Source: Candidatus Poribacteria bacterium (lineage in GTDB: Bacteria > Poribacteria > WGA-4E > WGA-3G). From it: a DNA stretch of 64,000 nt. Of the stretch, positions 41,010-50,524 are shown in pieces (within the stretch, counting starts at the first letter, position 1; the number at the start of each line of letters is the position of its first letter). Both the position numbers and the translations under genes were made by a program. The notes below the pieces were generated by a model. It made no database searches. It was given only the letters and a program-made list of their open reading frames with translations, and was not told the origin of the DNA. The stretch is from the NCBI GenBank assembly GCA_021295715.1, contig JAGWBV010000003.1, positions 203,043-267,042 on the forward strand, read 5' to 3'.

Positions 41010-41952
41010 ATGCTAATGCTTAACGTCCGAGAAACACGTCAATATCTCAAAGAATCCGAATTTGAAACCCTCTTTACACAAGAACTTGGATGGGGACCAT
41101 CACACCCAAATACTTCCCATCACAGTAGATGAAACTGAATATACACTCACCGCAATTGCCGAAAAACGCGGAATGGTCGTCTTTGAGTGTGCCGCAACCG
41201 GAGTTTCCGACGAAAGCATCCCCGATTACGCCACCCGTCGCAAAATTCAAAAGCAGGTTGCCAAATCCGTCCACGAACACTTCATCATCTACACCGACGC
41301 TGAGAAAACCACACAAATATGGCAGTGGGTCAAACGCGAACAGGGGAAACCCGATGCATGCCGTGAACACCGGTATAACAGCAACGAACAATCTGGAGAC
41401 TCCCTCATTCAGAAGCTGCGTGCCATCGTTTTTACCCTCGAAGAGGAAGAGGATCTTTCACTTCCTGACGTGACCGGACGCGTCGGAGCAGCCTTTTACG
41501 CTGAACGGGTTACCAAAAAGTTTTATGACCGTTTCAAGAAAGAGCATGACGTATTCCTTAAATTTCTCAAAGGCATTCCCGATAGAGAGATGCAAAAGTG
41601 GTACGTTTCAGTAATGCTCAACCGCCTGATGTTCATCTATTTCATTCAGAAGAGAGGTTTTCTCAATAACGACGAAAACTATCTACTTACTAAATTGGCA
41701 GATAGCCAATCGAGAGGCATCAACGGATACTACAAAGAATTTCTCTGCCCACTCTTCTTTGAAGGATTTGCGAAACCGGAAGCAGAACGGAGCAGAGATG
41801 TAAAACGCCTGCTCGGTAAAATTCCCTACCTCAACGGCGGTATCTTTCAACAACACCAGCTTGAGACACTCCACGGCGAAAACATTGACATCCCAGACAA
41901 GGCGTTTGAGCAACTTTTCAGGTTCTTTGAGCAATACCAACAGGAGATTTAG
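41010..41952 (+). pseudogene. N-terminal remnant of a type IIG/Eco57I-like restriction-modification gene
   Basis: ELGW|DHH broken by a G4 run at 41092-41095; VTKKFY, LNRLMFIYFIQKRGFL, IPYLNGGIF motifs; ends before the methyltransferase motifs. Confidence 0.75.
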
Positions 41953-41974
41953 CGCGCTTCGCATTATCTTGTTT

Positions 41975-42284
41975 ATCCTAAAATCCTGAAAATTTTGATT
42001 CAGACAATTATGCTCTGGGATTGGCTCCGCACTCCGTCAAAACGTCGAACAATCCCGCGCCTACCCTCCGTTGATTGCTAATTCATCTGGAGGGTCTACG
42101 CGAAACATCTCGTGTTTTCACGGAGAGAGGACATATTGCCTTCCACGAACCCACTGACCCCCTGACTTTAGAAAATCCTCCGTGAATCGCACTGAAAACC
42201 TACCACAGAAAACATCTTCCTCCAGTAGACTAAAGAACGTTATTCCCTTCCTATCCTGAAAATCCTATAATCCTGATTCAGACA
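41975..42284. repeat. Two copies of an (AATCCT)n-GATTCAGACA short repeat
   Basis: ATCCTAAAATCCTGAAAATTTTGATTCAGACA (about 41975) and ATCCTGAAAATCCTATAATCCTGATTCAGACA (about 42254). Confidence 0.55.
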
Positions 42285-42531
42285 GTATAAACCGAAGCCT
42301 TCCTCCCACCTTTGAAATTTCAGAGTAAACTTCTGAGAAACCTCCTGAAAAAACCGCTGAGAATCCAGTCCCAGTATGGGTTCACGGACTTTTCCTGAAA
42401 CCTATTATTTTTCCATTTACTCTGAATACTCTGAAACGCGCACTATTTCCTTTACGGGACTGCTGTGTAATACGGTTGCACGTATTCCCAACTTCTGTTA
42501 AAATTGTAGATGAAGGAGTTTTAAACAGTCT

Positions 42532-42735
42532 ATGAAAACTATACAACAAAAAAACACAACGAACAAAAAACAGAAGCAACGCCTCGCTTTTCCTGTCTAT
42601 GATGAAGAGGACATCCTCAACTTGGACGCGGTCATAGTCACCCCTCCACCGCGTCGATCAGGCACAATACGAGTTAAGTTAATATACAAGGGACGCAGTA
42701 AACCAATTCCGGTTGAGGATCCTTGGGAAGAGTAG
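42532..42735 (+). CDS. Small hypothetical protein
   Basis: AAGGAG upstream; 67-aa ORF in operon orientation. Confidence 0.5.
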   Translation: MKTIQQKNTTNKKQKQRLAFPVYDEEDILNLDAVIVTPPPRRSGTIRVKLIYKGRSKPIPVEDPWEE

Positions 42736-42753
42736 TTAGTTGACATAAGCATT

Positions 42754-43404
42754 ATGAAATCATCCGACTACAATGACAATGTCTTTATCAATTGTCCATT
42801 TGATCCAGTTTACAAACCGCTGTTTGACGCAATAGTGTTTGCAACATACGATTGCGGTTTTGTCCCTCGTTGTGCGCTTGAAGAAGACAATGCAAGCCAA
42901 GTTCGGATTGATAAAATCTATAGTATTATTGAGGTTTGCCGTTATGGCATTCACGACATATCCAGAATAGAATTAGACGAGGATTCAGGTTTCCCTTGAT
43001 TTAATATGCCGTTGGAATTGGGTGTTTTCCTCGGTGCTAAGAAATTTGGTGTAGAAGAACAAAAAGGAAAAAAATGTCTCGTACTGGACAGTGAACCCTA
43101 TCGATATCAACAGTTTATCTCAGATATCGCAGGGCAAGATATTCAGGCACACAGCAACGCGCCAGAGGAAATTATGGCAGTCGTCCGGAATTGGCTCCGC
43201 ACCGCGTCGAGACGTCGGACAATTCCAGATGGAAGCATCATTTGGGGACGTTACCAAGACTTTATGCGGGATTTACCGCAAATGGCTCAAATATGGCAGT
43301 TAAATGCTAATAATCTGATTTTTAATGATTATACTTGGATGATTGTGAAGTGGTTGCGGACTAAAGAGAATCGTTTATCTCAACATGTTCAAGGAGGTGA
43401 TTAG
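42754..43404 (+). pseudogene. Conserved hypothetical protein (PRFNMPLELG motif; NDT/TIR-like fold inferred) with an in-frame TGA
   Basis: The two ORFs are in the same frame; GFP*FNMPLELG where the motif as recalled reads PRFNMPLELG (CGA>TGA at 42997-42999). Confidence 0.7.
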
Positions 43405-43405
43405 C

Positions 43406-43708
43406 GTGGCAAGGAAGAGAATTATCAAAGATCCCCCCAAGCGGGGCAATCTTACAATAAGTCAAATTCAACAGGCAGTAGAGGCAGTTGTTTACGACTT
43501 GACTAAAGATACGCATTATGTCGTTCAGGGCGATAAAGGCGGATGGGATGTGAAGCGTAGCGGTGCTACAAAATCATCAAGGCATTTCTCTACTAAAAAG
43601 GAAGCTGTGCAGTACGGGCGGGAAGTCAGCCGAAATCAGAAAACTGAATTTGTTATCTGCCATAAAAATGGCACTATTCAACGTACCAACAGTCACGGGT
43701 CTGATTAG
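43406..43708 (+). CDS. DUF2188 domain protein with a short N-terminal extension
   Basis: HYVV..GGWDVKRSGA.KSS..F.TKKEA...GR......E..I....G.IQ; AGGAGG before GTG 43406. Confidence 0.75.
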   Translation: MARKRIIKDPPKRGNLTISQIQQAVEAVVYDLTKDTHYVVQGDKGGWDVKRSGATKSSRHFSTKKEAVQYGREVSRNQKTEFVICHKNGTIQRTNSHGSD

Positions 43709-44371
43709 ATGACCGTTTCCCACGTTGTAAGAAGAAACATCCGCCTCCTCAGTCTTCGGAATACAGGTTCTTTCCAGAGAGACGATAAGTTTGAATATCC
43801 GTTGTCTGTACTGCGGGAATCGATTATCAACGCATTGATTCATCGCAACTATCAAAAACACTCGGATGTCCGAGTTTTCATATTCGACAACCGCGTTGAG
43901 ATTATTAATCCCGGCACTTTTCCAGAAGGGATCAGCCCAGACACGCCAGTCCATGAACCGGTAAATCCCATCTTAAGCCGATTCATGTACGATATTGGTT
44001 TCATTGAGCGTTACGGCTCTGGTATCAGGATGATGAAAAGGCTCTCCGCGGAATGGGGAAACAAGGAACCGCGTTATGAATTTCATCCACTTCAAACCAC
44101 AATCATCTTTGATTCGCCGATTCAAGAGAGCACTTTTATAGAGATTGACGATATTTCAGCACAATTGAGCGAGCGTCAAAAGAATACCCTGTTTCATGTA
44201 GAAAAAAACGGGCAAATTGCGACAAGAGAATATGCGGAGATCAACCATATTTCGCCCAGAACTGCCTATACCGAACTCAAGGATTTAACAGACAAAGGGC
44301 TATTGACTGCAATAGGCAAGGGAAGAGGAATTAGGTACGTCCGAAAAGTGGACGATCAGGTAATCGATTAA
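43709..44371 (+). pseudogene. RecG-C (HATPase_c_4) + wHTH regulator, lacking the usual N-terminal AlbA/Schlafen domain
   Basis: EYP..LRESIINALIHRNY, FDNRVEIINPG, IERYGSGI, C-terminal TA..ELKDL..KGLL...GKGRG. Confidence 0.7.
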
Positions 44372-44425
44372 TTGCGTGATTAATTGCGTGATTAATTGCG
44401 TGATTAATTGCGTGATTAACTACGC
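44366..44425 (+). repeat. 12-bp tandem repeat (GATTAATTGCGT)x4 plus one degenerate unit
   Basis: Read directly; the first unit supplies the TAA stop of the upstream gene. Confidence 0.95.
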
Positions 44426-44467
44426 GAACGTAAGCAGTAGAACCTACATGAAGGATACTAACAGTAA

Positions 44468-45115
44468 GTGACGCAGTCAATTCAACGTATCACACAAAAA
44501 GACACGGATTATCCAACAGGATTGGAGCAGTATTTAAAAACGGAGACACCGGAAACGATCTGGGCACGCGGGAATATTGACCTGTTACTTGGGCAAAACA
44601 CCACCTTAAGCGGAGACCTCTGGGCACTTTTCTGCTCCAGCAAATGTCCCGGGGATATTATCCTGAAAACGCACGACTTAGCTCAAACATTCAAGGAAAG
44701 AGAGATCCCAACGATCGGTGGGTATCACTCTCCAGTTGAACAAGAGTGCCTACGCGTTTTACTGCGTGGCTCACAACCGATTCTTTTATGTCCGGCACGG
44801 AGCATCGAAAACATGCGACTGAAATCGGCGTGGAAGGAGGCGTTGTCTGCGGAGCGTCTATTAATCCTATCTATTTTTGAGAGTCGCCATCGGCGATCAA
44901 CAGCGGCATTGGCGCACCAACGCAACGCCTTTGTTGCCGCACTTGCGGATAAAATCTGTATCGCCCACGCTGCAGAGGACAGCAAGATTTTGGAATTCGC
45001 GCAGATGGTGTTGGCGTGGGGCAAACCCGTTTTTACTTTTGAGACACCAGCAAACGATTCACTTTTTCAACTTGGGACACGACGGATTGAAACGTCCCAA
45101 TTCGGAGGCAAATAA
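44468..45115 (+). CDS. Short DprA/SMF-like SLOG protein
   Basis: DYP..L, ARGN.DLL, ALFCSSKCP, GGYHSPVE, RNAFVAALAD motifs. Confidence 0.8.
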   Translation: MTQSIQRITQKDTDYPTGLEQYLKTETPETIWARGNIDLLLGQNTTLSGDLWALFCSSKCPGDIILKTHDLAQTFKEREIPTIGGYHSPVEQECLRVLLRGSQPILLCPARSIENMRLKSAWKEALSAERLLILSIFESRHRRSTAALAHQRNAFVAALADKICIAHAAEDSKILEFAQMVLAWGKPVFTFETPANDSLFQLGTRRIETSQFGGK

Positions 45116-46017
45116 TGGCGGAAACCGTTTTTTTGGGAGACCATGAACTCACCTTTCCCGGTCCACACCTCGGTGTGCTTCGGGACTGCAACACTGTCCT
45201 TGATTCAGCAGAAGGCTTGCACAAACAGATAGCGGAGGACGGGTATCTCCTCGTCCGGGGCTTAATCGATAAAGAAAAAGTTGCCGCGGGACGACGGGCT
45301 ATCCTTGAATACGCCAACGGAAACGGGAAAGATGAGGTCTTCAAGTCCGGCACTGACATAATGGAGGCGGTCGCTGGTGACGGAAGACCTGGGCGAACAA
45401 TGGGCACGCCCGCCGTTACGCACCATCCAGATGTGCAGGCGGTTTTGGAGGGAGACGAACTCTTCAAGTTCTTCCGAACCTTCTTTAGCGGCGATACCCG
45501 AACCTTCGATTACAAGTGGCTACGGTTCGTCCGTCCTGACGGTTGGTCGGGACCCCATTTCGATTTCGTCTACATGGGGAGAGGCTCGGAGCAGCTGCAC
45601 ACCTGTTGGGTACCATTCGGCGATGTGCCAGCAACGATGGGAACATTGACTGTGCTTGTCGGGTCGCATAACCTCCCAAGCTTCGCTCGGATTCGAGATA
45701 CCTACGGCAAAACAGATGTTGACAGAGACGGCACCCCTGGACATTTCGGGAACGTTCCGATGGAGATCAGCGAAAAATACGGCGGTGAGTGGCAGACAGC
45801 GGATTTCGAGATGGGAGATGTCATCATCTTCACGATGCACACGATGCACACCTCTACGAAAAATCTCTCCGACAGATGGCGAATCAGTTGTGACATCCGT
45901 TTCCAACCCGCAGCGCACCCAATTGATGAGCGATGGGTCGGCAAAAACCCGATCTCTCATACGGGCAGTCAGAAGATTTCGTTTGAAGAGGCAAAGGAAC
46001 AGTGGGGATTGGAATAG
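45115..46017 (+). CDS. PhyH family dioxygenase
   Basis: DGYLLVRG, HFD.VYMGRG, GSH, GDVIIF...MH, RISCDIRFQP motifs. Confidence 0.9.
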   Translation: MAETVFLGDHELTFPGPHLGVLRDCNTVLDSAEGLHKQIAEDGYLLVRGLIDKEKVAAGRRAILEYANGNGKDEVFKSGTDIMEAVAGDGRPGRTMGTPAVTHHPDVQAVLEGDELFKFFRTFFSGDTRTFDYKWLRFVRPDGWSGPHFDFVYMGRGSEQLHTCWVPFGDVPATMGTLTVLVGSHNLPSFARIRDTYGKTDVDRDGTPGHFGNVPMEISEKYGGEWQTADFEMGDVIIFTMHTMHTSTKNLSDRWRISCDIRFQPAAHPIDERWVGKNPISHTGSQKISFEEAKEQWGLE

Positions 46018-46039
46018 AGGGGCATAAACCTTTATTACC

Positions 46040-46066
46040 AGTAGGCGAGGTTAGAAACCTCGCCAG
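46040..46066. repeat. Short GTAG-REP-like palindrome between convergent genes (near copy at 21679-21706)
   Basis: GTAGGCGAGGTTAGAAACCTCGCCAGC versus TAAGGCGAGGTTGGGAAACCTCGCCAGC. Confidence 0.7.
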
Positions 46067-46126
46067 CGGCGGAGGAGGATAGTTGAAAATCGAACAACTG
46101 TCCACAGGTTTTCGGGCTTTACTATA

Positions 46127-47302
46127 TTAGCCGAACAACGCTCGTCGGATCTGACGCACTGCTTGACGAATGCGATCTTCGTTCTCTACAAGGGCAATGC
46201 GGATATAGCCCTCGCCGTTATGCCCAAACCCCGCGCCGGGAGAAACACAGACCTCTGCCTCGCTGAGTAGTTTCATGGCGAATTCCATGGAACTCAGGTG
46301 CTTCCATGCTTCAGGGATCGGTGCCCAGACGAACATCGAAGCCTGCGGTTTTGAGACCTTCCATCCGATTCTGTTCAGACCATCCACAAGTACATCACGG
46401 CGTTTTTGGTAGACAGCAGCGTTTTCCATCACCGTATCCTCTGGAGTGCGCAGTGCCATAATTGCGGCAACTTGGATCGGTGCGAAAATCCCATAATCGT
46501 AATATCCTTTAATCCGAGCGAGTGCTTCGACAATCTCACGGTTTCCAGCGGCAAACCCACACCGCCAGCCTGCCATATTGTAGGATTTAGACAGAGAGAT
46601 AAATTCAATACCGATATCCTTCGCGCCTTTCGCTTGCAAGAGACTGGGTGCCTTGTAGCCATCAAAAACAATGTCTGCATACGCCAAATCGTGGATTACA
46701 ATAATCTCCTGGCGTTTTGCGAAGGCGACAATCTCTTCAAAGAACCCAAGGTCAACGACAGCACCCGTTGGGTTATGCGGAAAACTTAAGATTAACGCCT
46801 TGGGTCTGGGCCAAATGTCGCGTGTGATTTCGGTGAGCGAGGGGATGAAATCGTTCTCTTCTGTGAGTGGTATACTCACCACACTTCCACCTGCGAGCAC
46901 AATGCTGTACATGTGAATAGGAAAGGTCGGATTTGGGACCATCGCTAAGTCACCGTTGTCAATCAAGGCTAAAGCGAGGTGTCCGAGTCCCTCTTTTGTG
47001 CCAATAACAGCGATCGCCTCTTCATCCGGATCAATATCTACACCGAATCGACGTTCATAATGCCAACTGACTTCCCTGCGCAGGTTGTAGATGCCACGCG
47101 AAACGGAATAGCGGTGATTTCTGAGTTCTTGTGCCGCCTCCGTCAATTTATCAATAATGGGTTGTGGCGTCGGTTGATTTGGATTGCCCATCGCCAAATC
47201 GATAATATCAATGCCTTGCTGCCGACGTTCATGTGTTAACTGTCTGAGCTTGCCGAACATGTATGGTGGAAGTCGATTTAAGCGTTTTGAAAATATATTC
47301 AT
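46127..47302 (-). CDS. Class I/II PLP aminotransferase (AlaC/LL-DAP-AT-like)
   Basis: RLPPYMF, HRYSVSRGI, HNPTG, HDLAY, SLSKSYNMAGWR, ALVENEDRIRQA motifs. Confidence 0.9.
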   Translation of the reverse strand: MNIFSKRLNRLPPYMFGKLRQLTHERRQQGIDIIDLAMGNPNQPTPQPIIDKLTEAAQELRNHRYSVSRGIYNLRREVSWHYERRFGVDIDPDEEAIAVIGTKEGLGHLALALIDNGDLAMVPNPTFPIHMYSIVLAGGSVVSIPLTEENDFIPSLTEITRDIWPRPKALILSFPHNPTGAVVDLGFFEEIVAFAKRQEIIVIHDLAYADIVFDGYKAPSLLQAKGAKDIGIEFISLSKSYNMAGWRCGFAAGNREIVEALARIKGYYDYGIFAPIQVAAIMALRTPEDTVMENAAVYQKRRDVLVDGLNRIGWKVSKPQASMFVWAPIPEAWKHLSSMEFAMKLLSEAEVCVSPGAGFGHNGEGYIRIALVENEDRIRQAVRQIRRALFG

Positions 47303-47392
47303 TTTTTTAATTTTACCTTGCGGGTAAAGTTCGTGCGTTTGGACTATAACGTGCGTCTCTCAAATCCGCCCTCCGCTACGCTTACGGGCTAC
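47303..47392 (-). repeat. REP-N38-tail element directly before the aminotransferase start
   Basis: GTAGCCCG..GGGC hairpin, core 47324-47361, CCGCAAGGTAAAATTAAAAAA-ATG. Confidence 0.9.
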
Positions 47393-47458
47393 GGGGTTTG
47401 AGATTCTCTTAAGAGGATATTTTTGTGAGACGAAAACCTCTTAACTGACTGCTGATTG

Positions 47459-48889
47459 CTAATGGCTATCTGCCATCTGCCAATATGTTCGTAACCGATC
47501 GCCCCAATTCGATATGACTCCCTTCGGGCTTGGATGCACGATTTGTTGCCGATGGAGTCTCACTTCTTGGGCGAATAGTTTGTTTCTGCATATCTTAACG
47601 ACTTCATCGTAAGTTGGGTTTCCTGCCAAATTTTCTGTTTCCCCAGGATCATTGTGTCGATCAAATAGTTGAGCAAGTCCAAGTTGTTCGGCATCTGGTC
47701 CAGGAGGCTGGAAGTCCTCTATTGCTTTCGGTTTGTATTCTGTAACGTATTTATACTGATTCGTGACAATTGCACGCCCCCAATAATTGCTCTCTATGTA
47801 GGCGTAATCGCGCCAAGGGACACCCTTCCCCTCCGCGAGCGGGCGGACACTCAATCCCTGTATCCCTTCAGGCACATCAACACCGGCGTAATCGCAAACG
47901 GTAGGGAACAGATCAACACCTGAGATGAAGTGCGTTTCGTCAAATCGATCCTTCTCTACAGGAATACCCTCTCCCAAACACGCGACGATGAACGGCACTC
48001 TTATGCTCTCTTCGTAAAGCGTGAATTTCTGGAACATCTGATGGCTACCGCATGCCTCCCCGTGGTCTGCGCTGAAGATAATGAGCGTGTTATTGTGCCG
48101 AGATGTCTCTCGCAGGAGCGTGAGGACTCTTCCAATTTCTGCGTCCACCTTTTCAATGAACCGATAATAGTTCCACCTCAGATAACGCCAGTGGAGTTCA
48201 TCCCAGCCCCGTATCCCTTTAAGAATCGCCGCGTGGATAAGCGCGTCGTCAACCCTTCGGCAGACACGGTGTAACACCGTTTCCCGCTCATCGTAATCGA
48301 AGTTTTCTGGGAGCGGTGGCAGATCGTCTTCGGAAACTATTCCCTGCTCCAACGGGTTTGGAATATGTTTCTCCTCATGGTTGTGCAAATATTCGCATAC
48401 GTCGTGCGGATCGACGTAACCGATTTGGAGATAAAACGGATCGTCTTTGTCGTAGTTTGTCAAGAAATCTGCAACTGCGTGCGTAGATGCTGAATCGTAG
48501 TATGCGGCACCGCCTGCGCCAATATCCTGTTGCCCATAATAGAGGGTCCGAAAACTCTCGCGGACATCTCTGCCCGGAACATGCCACTTACCGCAGTGGA
48601 ATGCTTGATAGCCACCCGCGTTGAGCAATTGCCCAAGGTCAGGAATTTCTGAGTGTAAATACCCACCGTTAAACGGCACCCCCGTCTCGGAGGTGTATAA
48701 ACCTGTTGCCCAACTGGAACGAGCGGCAGCACACACCGGATCCGTACAGAACGATCTGCGAAATGAGGTCCCATTCCGATGAAGTTCATCGATATTGGGT
48801 GTCCGAAGGAACGGATTTCCGTAAGCCGAAATCGCATCCCACGAGTGCTGGTCGGTGTTAATAAAAAGAATATTGGGGCGTTCGTTCAT
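47459..48889 (-). CDS. Sulfatase
   Basis: RPNILFINTDQ, CAAARSSWATG, GKWH, SADHG, YEESIRVP motifs. Confidence 0.9.
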   Translation of the reverse strand: MNERPNILFINTDQHSWDAISAYGNPFLRTPNIDELHRNGTSFRRSFCTDPVCAAARSSWATGLYTSETGVPFNGGYLHSEIPDLGQLLNAGGYQAFHCGKWHVPGRDVRESFRTLYYGQQDIGAGGAAYYDSASTHAVADFLTNYDKDDPFYLQIGYVDPHDVCEYLHNHEEKHIPNPLEQGIVSEDDLPPLPENFDYDERETVLHRVCRRVDDALIHAAILKGIRGWDELHWRYLRWNYYRFIEKVDAEIGRVLTLLRETSRHNNTLIIFSADHGEACGSHQMFQKFTLYEESIRVPFIVACLGEGIPVEKDRFDETHFISGVDLFPTVCDYAGVDVPEGIQGLSVRPLAEGKGVPWRDYAYIESNYWGRAIVTNQYKYVTEYKPKAIEDFQPPGPDAEQLGLAQLFDRHNDPGETENLAGNPTYDEVVKICRNKLFAQEVRLHRQQIVHPSPKGVISNWGDRLRTYWQMADSH

Positions 48890-49677
48890 ACACGGTCCCC
48901 CATCTTCTCTCTAAGCACCAGCGTCTCGAAAAAGGTTGAAGCGATAGCAATGTTTCCGTGTCCATCGAGCCACCAATACGAAGGCAAAAGTCCAGTCCCG
49001 TAAAGATAATAACCGTCAAGCGGAATCGGGGTCTGTATCGTCTCAAGGAAACCGAGTTTACTTTTTAGTCTCAGTTGTTCCAAGTCTTCAAGGACAGCAA
49101 TGTCTATTCCATCGCCGGACGCTTGAATTGTTCGGACGAGCGCGGGAATGACATCAAAGAGTGCCCAATTGCATGTCAATTTGACAGATGCGTCTACTGT
49201 TCCTGCAGCAATTTCAGTACCGTTGATACGCAGCCGCACTTCTGAATCTGAGGTGAGATAGCCTGCACACACCAATTGGAAGTATTCATCGTCGGCACTG
49301 TTTCGGGCATCAACACTCCAATTACCGCTAAGCGGACGATGGTTTTCATCGCTACAACAGAATTGCATTTGAAGATTCTCGCCGCTTGTTGTATTTTCGT
49401 ATTTGACCGAATAGTGCCACAGGTTATCGTTTTTGCTCCGTTCGATGATGGCTGTCCCGATGCTCAGTGTCTCTGAGTTCTCTCCTCTGTTATAGCCGCG
49501 CCAGTAGTTCGGTAGTACATTGTAAACATGCGTGATCGTTTGCGCCGTTTGGGTGCCGCGTGTGGCAGCTTCGGGATCATACCCGCGAAGCGTTCCAATC
49601 AATTCTTGTGAAAATTGGGGGTTTTGGGCACCGTAATTGTAGTCAAAGGACCAGTGCAGCGGCTTGCTATCATTCAT
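48886..49677 (-). CDS. Hypothetical protein
   Basis: 263-aa ORF with ATGA overlaps on both sides (nfi, sulfatase). Confidence 0.75.
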   Translation of the reverse strand: MNDSKPLHWSFDYNYGAQNPQFSQELIGTLRGYDPEAATRGTQTAQTITHVYNVLPNYWRGYNRGENSETLSIGTAIIERSKNDNLWHYSVKYENTTSGENLQMQFCCSDENHRPLSGNWSVDARNSADDEYFQLVCAGYLTSDSEVRLRINGTEIAAGTVDASVKLTCNWALFDVIPALVRTIQASGDGIDIAVLEDLEQLRLKSKLGFLETIQTPIPLDGYYLYGTGLLPSYWWLDGHGNIAIASTFFETLVLREKMGDRV

Positions 49678-50372
49678 GGCGTTGGAACCATTGGCATATT
49701 TTGGGAAACTTTACTGGATGCAGCATTATGTGCATAACGGGTTGTTTCGGGTAATCGGTAGCCTCTACAACATGCGAGAGTCAAGGTGCGTGCTGAATCC
49801 AAAGAGATTCGGTGTCCTATGGATATGTAGACCACCCGAACGTTGTTACGCGTGCGAACAACAGTGCCGATCACCTCGTCTTTGTCCATCAGGCAGGTAT
49901 AAGATCCCTGTTCGGCTTCTGGCTCCTCGTATCGTCCCCAAAGTCGAGATTTTGCACATCCAATCGTCGGTTTATCCAAAATTAGCCCTAAATGTGATGC
50001 GAGTCCAAACCGTCTTGGGTGTGCGATCCCCTGACCGTCCACTATCACCAGATCAGGTTCGGTTTGCAACTGTGTGAATGCGGTTAATAGGGGCGGGATT
50101 TCCCGAAAGGACAGCAACCCCGGTATATAAGGAAAACGAACAGGGCTTTCAGTAACCACGCTATCTACCACCTGCAACTCGGGAAAGCTCAGGACGACCA
50201 CGGATGCGCGTGCGATGTCCTTTTTCAGTCCGATATCTACCCCGGCAACGGTATTGATTTTCCCAAACTGGTCTGTTTTAACCACCTGCGTGCGGAGTTC
50301 ATTTTGGAGTCTCCGTGCTTCTGCGGGGGAAACATCCCATGAATGGAGGGCGCGATACTGTATAGCTGCCAC
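49674..50372 (-). CDS. nfi: Endonuclease V
   Basis: VAGVD, FPYIPGLLSFRE, DGQGIAHPRRFGLASHLG, IGCAKSRL, YRLPETTR motifs. Confidence 0.95.
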   Translation of the reverse strand: MAAIQYRALHSWDVSPAEARRLQNELRTQVVKTDQFGKINTVAGVDIGLKKDIARASVVVLSFPELQVVDSVVTESPVRFPYIPGLLSFREIPPLLTAFTQLQTEPDLVIVDGQGIAHPRRFGLASHLGLILDKPTIGCAKSRLWGRYEEPEAEQGSYTCLMDKDEVIGTVVRTRNNVRVVYISIGHRISLDSARTLTLACCRGYRLPETTRYAHNAASSKVSQNMPMVPTP

Positions 50373-50524
50373 TGTTCGTTTTCAATGTAAACGTCGTCGT
50401 GTTTTACAATGCTTCAGGTGCAAAGAAAGCGTGCGGTGGTAAACCCTCCGCGGATGCTTGTAATATTATAACACAAAACACTTCGATTGTCAAGCCTTTT
50501 CGGCGTAGCTTATGCGTCGAATGA

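Noticed and set aside
41092..41095. Phase variation of the RM gene via a G-run
   Set aside because: The run is only 4 G and the gene is also truncated downstream
42997..42999. Selenocysteine or recoded TGA
   Set aside because: The position corresponds to Arg, not Cys; no SECIS-like hairpin is evident; TGA is a normal stop elsewhere in the window
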